Made by a program: the position numbers and the translations under genes
Virus record (IMG/VR): IMGVR_UViG_3300045988_171102
Direction: 5' to 3' (one strand)
Length of the DNA stretch: 64,000 bases
Origin: a virus
The notes under the pieces: generated by a model
What the model was told of the DNA's origin: nothing
Databases searched by the model: none
Seen by the model: the letters and a program-made list of their open reading frames with translations, nothing else
Shown: piece by piece, positions 42,725 to 51,267 of the stretch
Numbering within the stretch: the stretch's first letter is position 1
Layout: each line of letters opens with the position of its first letter

Positions 42725-45700
42725 ATGGCAGGAAACACTAATCATGAATCAACAATTTTAGTCACAGCTAAGTTGGATGAAGCTCGTAGTGCTGAAGTTA
42801 TCAATAATCAATTAAAGACTATAAAATCAAAATTAAACAAGGTAGAAGTTGATATCGGTGTTAGTAAAGCAACTTTGTCTAAAGGTTTAGGAAATATTAA
42901 ATCTGACATTCAGAAACAATTTTCAACAATTAAACTTGATTTAGGACAAGCTAATATTGATAATTTACTTAATAAACAAAGCATAGAAGAAGCAAGGGTT
43001 AAATTGCAAAATTTAGCTGCTGAAATAGGTAAAGATTTAGGACAAATTGATAAAATTAGATTTACTAATTTGCAAAATGGTCTTGTTGATTTTGAGCAAG
43101 GGACTCAAGCTGTTGTTACATATGTAGATAAACTTAATAATGGTTTAACAAGAACAACTGATTTAGTTTACAGAATGAATACGCTTGTAGATGAAAATAG
43201 TGGTGGGACTATTCAGGAAATGTCTGCAAATGTCTCTCGTATGATTGAAAATTATTCTAAAATGGATAAAGCAAAAAATCAAAGAGAGCAAGCATATTAT
43301 GAAGAACTACAAAGAACGAATAAGGAATTAGCGGAACAAGAAAAACAACTTCAAAAAGTTGCACAGACGGAAAAAGCTGTTCGTAGTAACATGCACTCCG
43401 CTGGACAACAAATGTATAATTTGCCTACTCCTACTACTTCAACAGAAGCATCTGCAACGGCATATAGTGCAGTAGTGAGTCAATATGAAAAAATAATATT
43501 ATTACAACAGCAATATAATAACAGCATGAATGGCACAGGCAAGCCATTGTCTACTGAACAACAACTGCAATCGTTAAAACAAATTGATATTGAATATCAA
43601 CAGTTGCTTGATTTGGTAAGTCAATATAAATCTGAGGTTACTTATGCTAATAAAGCTGCAAATAGTCAAAATCAAGCAGTTGCAAAGTTACAACAAGAAA
43701 ATCAGCAACAATCTCTTTTAAATTCAAAAATTGAAAAAGCTCAAGCTGATATTATTGCTTTATCTAATGCTTGGACAAATATAAAGCGAAATCCTGTGTT
43801 GTTAAATGAATTAAATCAACTTATTGCTAAAAGTAAAGAGTTACACACTTCTGCTGACTTAACTGAATTCAATACACAATTAGGAGCTTTTAAATCAAAA
43901 TGTAAAGCTGCTGGCGTTGCTACTGCAAGTTGGGTAAGTGGCATTAAAGATGCGTGGACACATTTTAGTTATTTTTTCGGTGCATCAAGAGTATTTTATG
44001 CCATTATTCAAAGGACTAAAGAGTTATATAATAATGTCAAAGAACTTGATACTGCTATGGTGGCTTTAAAAAAAGTTACTGATGAAACAAGTGGTACATA
44101 TTCAAGATTCTTATCAGATGCAAAGCAGTCATCAAAAGAATTGGGTGCAAGTCTAACAGACTTTGTAAACTCTACGGCTGATTTTGCAAAATTGGGTTAT
44201 TCTATTAGTGATTCTTCCGAATTGGCTAAAGTGGCTACAATGTACTTAAATGTAGGCGATGATTTAGATGGTATAGATGACGCTACATCAACCATTGTGT
44301 CAACTTTAAAAGCATTTAATATGACCGCAAGTCAATCAGAAAGTATTATAGATAAATTAAATGAAGTTAGTAACCGATTTGCAGTTAGTTCTGGTGACTT
44401 AGGACAAGGATTAGCAAATTCTGCGGCAGCATTATCAACGGCAGGCAATGATTTAAACGAAACAATTGCATTATTAACCGCTGGTACAGAAATTACTCAA
44501 AATGCCAGTGAAATGGGTAACTCTATTAAAGTGTTAAGTATGCGACTTCGTGGTATGAAAGGTGAATTAGAGGCACTTGGCGAAGATGTAGATGATAATG
44601 TTGAATCCATCTCAAAAATGCAAACTCAAATTTTAAATCTTACTCACGGTAAAGTCAATATATTTGAGTCTAATGGTGATTTTAAATCTACATATGAGAT
44701 AATGAAAGAAATCAGTGAGGTTTATAGTAGTCTTACTGATCCTGAAAAAGCTCAGTTATTGGAAACAATCGCCGGCAAACAGCGTGGCAACCAAATTGCT
44801 GCTATTTTAACAAACTTTTCTCAGGCTGAAAAATCATTAGCAGTATCTATGAACTCAACTGGTTCAGCAGCTAAAGAACAAGCAAAATGGATGAATAGCA
44901 TTGAAGGTCGTTGCAATCAATTGCAGTCTGCGTGGGAGTCTTTAAGTACAAGTATGCTTGATGACAAATCGGTAAAAAATACGATAGTTGGACTCACTGG
45001 ATTGGTTGACGCTTTAGATGACATTATTAATACTATTGGTTTATTTCCTACTGTTATTGGTGCACTTGGTCTTGGTTTGCTAATAAAGAATATAAACAAT
45101 ATTAAATCTACTATAGTAGGCGTTAGTAGTGCATTATCTCAAGTCAATCAAGTAACCAGCCTTAATGCAAATGGACAATTGTTCACTCTTGATGCTAACG
45201 GAAATTCTACTGGTCAATTGACAGATGTTGCAATTATGAAATATCAGTCAGCATTGGAAGGATTGTCTGTTTCACAACAAAAAGCTGTATTGAGCAGTGG
45301 TGGATTAAATCAAGCAATGCAAGAACAAATTTTGTCAAGTAATCTTTTGGAAAATAGTACAAAAACACTTTCTTTAACTGATACTCAATTGCTTTTGTCA
45401 ACTGCAAATATTAGTGAAGAAGAATATGCGAATATACTTGCTTTTACACAAGGTAAACTTGCCGTTGATGGATTAACAGATGGCACAAGGCAATTAAGTT
45501 TAACAAATTTAATGTTATTAAAAGAACAAGGTCTGTTATCAGAGGCAACTTATAAGCAAGTTGAGGCTTATTTGGTGCAAAAGAATACAATGAGCAAGTT
45601 AAGTGGAGCTGGAGTTTCTTTAAAGGCTATGTTTAAATCTGTCGGCACATGGATTGGTATAGCAACTATGGCTATTACTGCTGGCATTGCTATTTGGAAC

Positions 45701-48613
45701 GCTTACGATCAAGCTCAGCAAAAAATTTATCAAGATACAATACACAAGGCACAAGAAAGCGCAAGTAGTATTGAAAAAGTTTATCAAGCATGGGACAGTT
45801 ATGCGTCACTTGATAGTTCTGCAACTGAAAAAGAAAAGCAATCTGCAATTGACAATGTTAATGAGCAGTTAAAAAATAAAATTAAGTTATTAAAAGATAC
45901 AACTGATGCAGAGAAGGAATATGCTGACGCTGTTAAAAAATCAAATTCAGAAGATTTCAACAAAGCAAAAACTGATGCATATACTGCGGCAACGAAAGCA
46001 AAAGAAAAAATTAAGTCAAAATGGACTTCGGATTTTCAAAGAAGTATAGTATATAATGATAAAACTAATGATGGTGATAAGCCCGAAATAAGTGATCAGG
46101 CTTATGGAATTATAAAAGACATATTAGGCAAATATGCTACTCAGAAATACACTAATGCCAAAGATATATATGGAAATGTAATTAGTGGTATTTCATATGG
46201 TCTTGGAGTAAATGTAGATACATCTAATATAAAATCTGTATTAGATTATTATGATAAAGTGCAAAAGGCTATTGCTGACATTGAAAGTGAGGCAGAAAAA
46301 CTTGGCGGTAAACAGGGCGATAAATTATTGTCGTCTGATGTATATAATCGTTTGAAAAGTATATTTGCCGATGATGAAAGTAAACAAGATGATTTATATG
46401 ACTTAATCAGTAACTATGTTGATAATCAAGCAAATTATATTATTTCAAATACAGAGTCTGCTCTTGGACTGCCAACAAGTACAGAAGAATTTGCTAAATT
46501 TAAAGAGTCTTGTGAAAAGGCTACCGATTCAGAGACTGTTCAAGAAGCTGTATTAAATAGACTGTCGGAGCTATTTCCTAAATTAGCACAAAATACAGAA
46601 GAGGCTACTACCGCTACTACTGCATGGAATTATTCTATTACATCATCTAAAGTTGATGATAAACTTGGTTCTGCAAAAGATGCTTTAGATGATATCGGAA
46701 AAACTTATAAAACGCTTTCTGGCGTTGTTGAAGATTACAACACTAATGGATATTTAACATTAGAAAATCTTGATAGTATTATTGATGCTGGTGACGATTA
46801 TATAAGTGCATTGTTTAATGAAAATGGACAATTGGAATTAAATAAAAATGCTTATATTAAATTGGCAAAAGCTAAGATTGAGAATTTAAAGTATACACAA
46901 TTACAGTCTGCTTTAAGCGATATAAATGCGTTATCAAACGCCACTGAAGTTGCTACGACCGATAAATTAACTAATAGTACACTTAAACTAACTGAAGCAA
47001 CTCTTACAATGGCTGCTGCTAAAAAAATTGCAGAAGGTATTGATCCGAAAAAAGTATATGGTGTTATTGATAGGTATTCTAAAATCATTACTATATATGA
47101 TGAGGCTGAAAATCAATTAGAAAATAATACTGATGCGTTTTTTGGTTATACAAAATCTACCGATAAAGCTACTGATGCTTTAGAAAAACAAAAGGATACT
47201 TTAGAAAAAAATAAAGATGCTTTAGAAAAGCAAAAGGACGCTTTAGAAGATGCGAAGGACTCAACAGAGAACGGTATAGATAGTATCAAAGACCTGATTG
47301 ATTTAGTTCAGGAAATGATACAAAAAAATAAAGAACTTGAAAAAGAAGGTCTTGAAAAGCAAAAGAAATCTCAAGATGATATTATTGATAAATATAAAGA
47401 GCAGTTAGACCTTCAAGAAGAACAAATTAAAAAAGCAAAAGAATTAGCAGAAAAAGAATCTGATGTAGCAAAAAATGCTTTAAGTGTTGCAATTACAGGT
47501 CTTGACGATTCTTCAGCGGGTAAAAAGGCAAATAAAGAAGCTCTTGATTCTTATAATGATAGTAAAGATGATTTATCTGACACACTTAGAGAAGATACAT
47601 ATAATGATCGTATAGATGCTTTAGATAAGTTAAAAGAAGCTAATGATAAGTATTATGATGATAAAATTCAGTTAATTGAAGATTATCTTGGTGATGAAGT
47701 ACGATTATATAAAGATGCTTGTAGTATGATTGATAACGATAACGGACAATTGTATAGTCAATTATCCGCATATGTACAGCAATACACTACTACTTCTGAA
47801 GCCGAGTTTAATCATATGTGGACTGAGGCACAAAATGCTTTACAAGCATATAACACTGATAATTTATCGACTATTGATTTACTTAATGTAATGCAAAATC
47901 ATATCTATGATTTGACAGGACAAATTGAAATTTATCAAACTCAAATTGATAATGTTAGCGATGCTATTGATAGTGTTAGTAGTTCTATTAATACTATTAA
48001 GGATAACATTAATAATAATGCCAGTGCGATTACTAATAATGCACAAGCTGTTATGGACTACACTGATAAAGCTAATAAGCTGAAAGAGGCATTAGGCGAA
48101 GCTGTAGAAAATGGTAAGAAATTTCGTAAATTATATGACTCTCCTATCGGTCCGGTTCAGCAAAGAAATTATAACAACCCTAAACCATTTTTATACGGAT
48201 CTCCTATTGGTTTTGTGGCTGGTAAACACGCAAGTGGTACAAAATCAGCCAAAGGCGGTTTGTCTATTGTTGACGAAGAGGGCATCGGTTCAGAACTTAT
48301 CCCTACATCTCTTGGCAATGGCAGATATACAATCTTACCACAAGGCAACCCTGTATTTAGCAAAGCGATGACAAATGAATTGTTTGAATTTGCGTCAGCC
48401 CCAACTGATTATTTTGCACAGAAGTTTGGCTCTGAAATAACACCGAATGTTGTGAACAATAAATCAACTGTTGTTTCCCCTGTTATTAACATCAATGTGC
48501 AAGGTGATGCTACTCAGGCTACTGTTAATGCACTGCACAAGGAATCCGAAAAGATTATGAATAACACTATCAAAAGACTTATGTCATATACCGTAAATAA
48601 CAGACATATTTAA
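42725..48613 (+). CDS. Tail tape measure protein (about 1962 aa)
   Basis: Giant, largely alpha-helical/coiled-coil ORF with central TM-like segments. GGTGGTGAA RBS lies before the ATG at 42725 (the track starts at 42713). It sits before the Dit and Tal genes. Confidence 0.85.
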   Translation: MAGNTNHESTILVTAKLDEARSAEVINNQLKTIKSKLNKVEVDIGVSKATLSKGLGNIKSDIQKQFSTIKLDLGQANIDNLLNKQSIEEARVKLQNLAAEIGKDLGQIDKIRFTNLQNGLVDFEQGTQAVVTYVDKLNNGLTRTTDLVYRMNTLVDENSGGTIQEMSANVSRMIENYSKMDKAKNQREQAYYEELQRTNKELAEQEKQLQKVAQTEKAVRSNMHSAGQQMYNLPTPTTSTEASATAYSAVVSQYEKIILLQQQYNNSMNGTGKPLSTEQQLQSLKQIDIEYQQLLDLVSQYKSEVTYANKAANSQNQAVAKLQQENQQQSLLNSKIEKAQADIIALSNAWTNIKRNPVLLNELNQLIAKSKELHTSADLTEFNTQLGAFKSKCKAAGVATASWVSGIKDAWTHFSYFFGASRVFYAIIQRTKELYNNVKELDTAMVALKKVTDETSGTYSRFLSDAKQSSKELGASLTDFVNSTADFAKLGYSISDSSELAKVATMYLNVGDDLDGIDDATSTIVSTLKAFNMTASQSESIIDKLNEVSNRFAVSSGDLGQGLANSAAALSTAGNDLNETIALLTAGTEITQNASEMGNSIKVLSMRLRGMKGELEALGEDVDDNVESISKMQTQILNLTHGKVNIFESNGDFKSTYEIMKEISEVYSSLTDPEKAQLLETIAGKQRGNQIAAILTNFSQAEKSLAVSMNSTGSAAKEQAKWMNSIEGRCNQLQSAWESLSTSMLDDKSVKNTIVGLTGLVDALDDIINTIGLFPTVIGALGLGLLIKNINNIKSTIVGVSSALSQVNQVTSLNANGQLFTLDANGNSTGQLTDVAIMKYQSALEGLSVSQQKAVLSSGGLNQAMQEQILSSNLLENSTKTLSLTDTQLLLSTANISEEEYANILAFTQGKLAVDGLTDGTRQLSLTNLMLLKEQGLLSEATYKQVEAYLVQKNTMSKLSGAGVSLKAMFKSVGTWIGIATMAITAGIAIWNAYDQAQQKIYQDTIHKAQESASSIEKVYQAWDSYASLDSSATEKEKQSAIDNVNEQLKNKIKLLKDTTDAEKEYADAVKKSNSEDFNKAKTDAYTAATKAKEKIKSKWTSDFQRSIVYNDKTNDGDKPEISDQAYGIIKDILGKYATQKYTNAKDIYGNVISGISYGLGVNVDTSNIKSVLDYYDKVQKAIADIESEAEKLGGKQGDKLLSSDVYNRLKSIFADDESKQDDLYDLISNYVDNQANYIISNTESALGLPTSTEEFAKFKESCEKATDSETVQEAVLNRLSELFPKLAQNTEEATTATTAWNYSITSSKVDDKLGSAKDALDDIGKTYKTLSGVVEDYNTNGYLTLENLDSIIDAGDDYISALFNENGQLELNKNAYIKLAKAKIENLKYTQLQSALSDINALSNATEVATTDKLTNSTLKLTEATLTMAAAKKIAEGIDPKKVYGVIDRYSKIITIYDEAENQLENNTDAFFGYTKSTDKATDALEKQKDTLEKNKDALEKQKDALEDAKDSTENGIDSIKDLIDLVQEMIQKNKELEKEGLEKQKKSQDDIIDKYKEQLDLQEEQIKKAKELAEKESDVAKNALSVAITGLDDSSAGKKANKEALDSYNDSKDDLSDTLREDTYNDRIDALDKLKEANDKYYDDKIQLIEDYLGDEVRLYKDACSMIDNDNGQLYSQLSAYVQQYTTTSEAEFNHMWTEAQNALQAYNTDNLSTIDLLNVMQNHIYDLTGQIEIYQTQIDNVSDAIDSVSSSINTIKDNINNNASAITNNAQAVMDYTDKANKLKEALGEAVENGKKFRKLYDSPIGPVQQRNYNNPKPFLYGSPIGFVAGKHASGTKSAKGGLSIVDEEGIGSELIPTSLGNGRYTILPQGNPVFSKAMTNELFEFASAPTDYFAQKFGSEITPNVVNNKSTVVSPVININVQGDATQATVNALHKESEKIMNNTIKRLMSYTVNNRHI

Positions 48614-48689
48614 TTGTATATTATGAATAAATGCCAACCCTTGTGACACAATAAATGTGTATATTTCATCCCGATTTTACAGAAAAGTC

Positions 48690-48719
48690 TTGACTTTTGC
48701 ACAATATATAGTATATAAT
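48690..48719 (+). promoter_or_regulatory. Sigma-A type promoter of the moron cassette
   Basis: TTGACT (48690-48695), an 18-nt spacer, then TATAAT (48714-48719). Confidence 0.55.
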
Positions 48720-48819
48720 ACTTCTATGACGATTGTGACAGTAATACAATGCATGAGGGTTGGCATATACTGAACATAGTCATAATGATATAGGGCATAA
48801 TAATGATAGGAGGATTTAT

Positions 48820-49068
48820 ATGAAAACTACCATTAAACCTAATGCCATAAAGATAGAATATAATCAAGACAGCTTTATGATTATGTTTGCCCAGATGGAC
48901 GAAAATGAAAATATTCTTAATGAAATATGTATACAAGTAGATCCCAGAAATATGTTGTCTATTACTGCTCCTATAATAGAAGCAGTGTCAGGGTATCAGG
49001 ACAATTACGATATAGATCTTGGTATGCGTATTCAAGTAAGAGAAAATGACGCTGCAAAGGAGGAATAA
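48820..49068 (+). CDS. Small protein, DUF3467-like (82 aa)
   Basis: AGGAGGA RBS before the ATG at 48820 (the track starts at 48760). AIKIEYNQDSFMIMFAQ...RNMLSITAPIIEAVSGYQDNY resembles DUF3467, recalled from memory only. Confidence 0.4.
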   Translation: MKTTIKPNAIKIEYNQDSFMIMFAQMDENENILNEICIQVDPRNMLSITAPIIEAVSGYQDNYDIDLGMRIQVRENDAAKEE

Positions 49069-49070
49069 CT

Positions 49071-49472
49071 ATGCATGCCTCAAAGTTGCAAGCGATTTCT
49101 GATATAGATAAAAAATATACTATTATCGTTGATTCAAATACAACGCATAAAATGCTTAAAAAAAATGCGTCAGTTGTTCAGGGGAAAAATTATGTAATTT
49201 CAAATCTCTTATATGAAAATGACTATTTAGAGTTTGCTTACAAGATTAAGCGTGTGTCACCAGAAACAATTACGGTAGGCATTAGAAGATTATCTGAAAA
49301 TAATATTGAATATTGGGTAATCTATGACCATCCCAATGAGCATCTATTGGATTTGGTGGCTGATGTATATATTGACAACCATCGTGACTTTAATTTCAAT
49401 GTCGAGATTGTGAATATTAGTAAAGCAGAGATGAAAGAAGTTACTCATATTAGATTTCAAGACGAAGTGTAA
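49071..49472 (+). CDS. Hypothetical protein (133 aa)
   Basis: ORF track entry with an AAGGAGGAA RBS. Confidence 0.7.
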   Translation: MHASKLQAISDIDKKYTIIVDSNTTHKMLKKNASVVQGKNYVISNLLYENDYLEFAYKIKRVSPETITVGIRRLSENNIEYWVIYDHPNEHLLDLVADVYIDNHRDFNFNVEIVNISKAEMKEVTHIRFQDEV

Positions 49473-49494
49473 AAATATATTTAAGGAACAGAGT

Positions 49495-49875
49495 ATGAAT
49501 GAGAAAATATATAATACGCATATAGAACAAATGAATCATAATAAAAACTTCATAAGTTTTGGTATTAGCAATTCTAAGGAATCTTTTTTAGATTGGGAGA
49601 TTGTAGCATATTTTTATACTGCTGTTCATTTGATTGAAGCTGTATTATGTAAAGAATGCGGTATTGATAGTGTAAATAGCCATCAAGAACGCAAAGAATA
49701 TATATGTGATTTTACAAATATATTTTCTCATCAAGTGCAAAGAGATTATATTAAACTAATTGCGTTAGCACACAAGGCACGATATACTGGGTTTGCTGTG
49801 GTGTCTGAACAGGATGGCAGGAATGCTCAAATGTGGTTGGAAAATATGGAATTTGCATTAAGTACATATATGTGA
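49495..49875 (+). CDS. All-alpha hypothetical protein, weakly HEPN-like (126 aa)
   Basis: WEIVAYFYTAVHLIEAVL...SHQERKEY...AHKARYTGF fits a helical-bundle pattern. No clean Rx4-6H motif is present. Confidence 0.3.
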   Translation: MNEKIYNTHIEQMNHNKNFISFGISNSKESFLDWEIVAYFYTAVHLIEAVLCKECGIDSVNSHQERKEYICDFTNIFSHQVQRDYIKLIALAHKARYTGFAVVSEQDGRNAQMWLENMEFALSTYM

Positions 49876-49914
49876 GTACGACATTCTATTAAAAAGAATA
49901 TTAAAAATATTTAA

Positions 49915-49945
49915 AGAGAAGATGAAATTTCATCTTCTCTTTTTT
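49915..49945 (+). terminator. Intrinsic terminator closing the moron cassette
   Basis: AGAGAAGATGA-AATT-TCATCTTCTCT followed by T5. Confidence 0.75.
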
Positions 49946-49961
49946 ATTGCAAAATTAAAAG

Positions 49962-49985
49962 AAAGGCTGCCGGTTGACAGCCTTT
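49962..49985 (-). terminator. Intrinsic terminator of the antisense membrane-protein gene
   Basis: AAAGGCTG/CAGCCTTT stem followed by a T-rich tract on the minus strand. Confidence 0.55.
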
Positions 49986-49989
49986 TGTG

Positions 49990-50202
49990 TTACTTAGATT
50001 GTTCCATTTCGTGAGCTAAATAATGTATTGACTCATGATAAGTACACCAATAACTGTTATTAGCTCTTGGTCGGTCACATCCATCTTCAATACAAGTTGA
50101 TGAACAATTTGAGCCAATCAATGAAAGTAACAGTATTACGCCCACTATAATGCCAATGGTAATCAGTTTTCCACTATTGTTTTTAGTGTTATTTGCATTC
50201 AT
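49990..50202 (-). CDS. Small membrane-anchored Cys/His-rich protein (70 aa)
   Basis: ORF track entry. It is the only minus-strand gene in the late region. It has a TM segment (LITIGIIVGVILLLSLIG) followed by C..C...C...C..H motifs. Confidence 0.65.
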   Translation of the reverse strand: MNANNTKNNSGKLITIGIIVGVILLLSLIGSNCSSTCIEDGCDRPRANNSYWCTYHESIHYLAHEMEQSK

Positions 50203-50292
50203 TATTCTTCACTCCCTTTTTGTTTTATTTTACCATAATATTTTTATTTTTACAAGTAAGATTATATATTTATCTATGTTTTTATTAAGGAG

Positions 50293-51267
50293 GTGTTTTG
50301 GTTGTTTAGAGATTGTTATTTTACTTACAACGATGTGTACTCAGGTGATTATAATTTAATTTTAGCTTTCGTAAGCGATGATAGTAGTGAGTTTAGAAGT
50401 GGTGGTGAATACGAGCCTACTACTGTGACTCTCCCCCATAATGCTCAACAGCTTTTATACAATCTTAATTATGCTGAACATCCGCTTGAATTTTCTGTTG
50501 AAATTATTAGTCCAGAAGATAATATTCCAGCCGAAATAATGATTGAAATTAAAAATTGGTTATTCGGACAAGACGGTTGGAAACGACTTTACTTACAAAA
50601 CGACACATCCGACTATTACCTCAACGCATTATTTATTCCTGACAGTGATATTACCGATGCACGAGGCTATAGAGGTTTGCGTTGTAAGGTACAAAATGAT
50701 AGTGGATTTTGGTATCAGGATAACGAAGTTGAGTTTAAGGGAGTTACATCTAAACCGTCAAATACAGGGCAAACATTATCTTTTGAAACTACAATTGATA
50801 TTGAAGGACAACCTATCAATAACAAAATTTGTCCTATTATTGATTTAAAAATCGGACACAACTGGACAGAACATCAAATAGATTACACATTATCGAATTA
50901 TAGAGTATATGTCGGAAATAAACTTAATAAGTCTATGTTCGTTTTCGATGCGAATGTGAATTATCATACAAATAAAGATGCAGTATATGAACTGGACACT
51001 AAATATGGAATGGTAACAATGAAAGAACCTAATGAAAAAACTTTTCATTCACTCACTCCCCCATTCATTCAATACAATGGAGTCATTAAAGATAATCTCG
51101 ATTATGTATCTTTATTTTGGCTGGGCAATGGTCAAAATCAGATTTATCTATATATCAAATCCGCAGATAAAACTGATGCTACACATAATTATGCTTACGA
51201 TGTTTTCGATCCCGATAAAAGCTTAGTTTTAAAGTATACTACAATGCATAGGTTGGGTGGTATTTGA
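50293..51267 (+). CDS. Distal tail protein (Dit-like, 324 aa)
   Basis: First gene after the tape measure. The start is uncertain: GTG at 50293 or TTG at 50302, both after AAGGAGG. Confidence 0.6.
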   Translation: MFWLFRDCYFTYNDVYSGDYNLILAFVSDDSSEFRSGGEYEPTTVTLPHNAQQLLYNLNYAEHPLEFSVEIISPEDNIPAEIMIEIKNWLFGQDGWKRLYLQNDTSDYYLNALFIPDSDITDARGYRGLRCKVQNDSGFWYQDNEVEFKGVTSKPSNTGQTLSFETTIDIEGQPINNKICPIIDLKIGHNWTEHQIDYTLSNYRVYVGNKLNKSMFVFDANVNYHTNKDAVYELDTKYGMVTMKEPNEKTFHSLTPPFIQYNGVIKDNLDYVSLFWLGNGQNQIYLYIKSADKTDATHNYAYDVFDPDKSLVLKYTTMHRLGGI

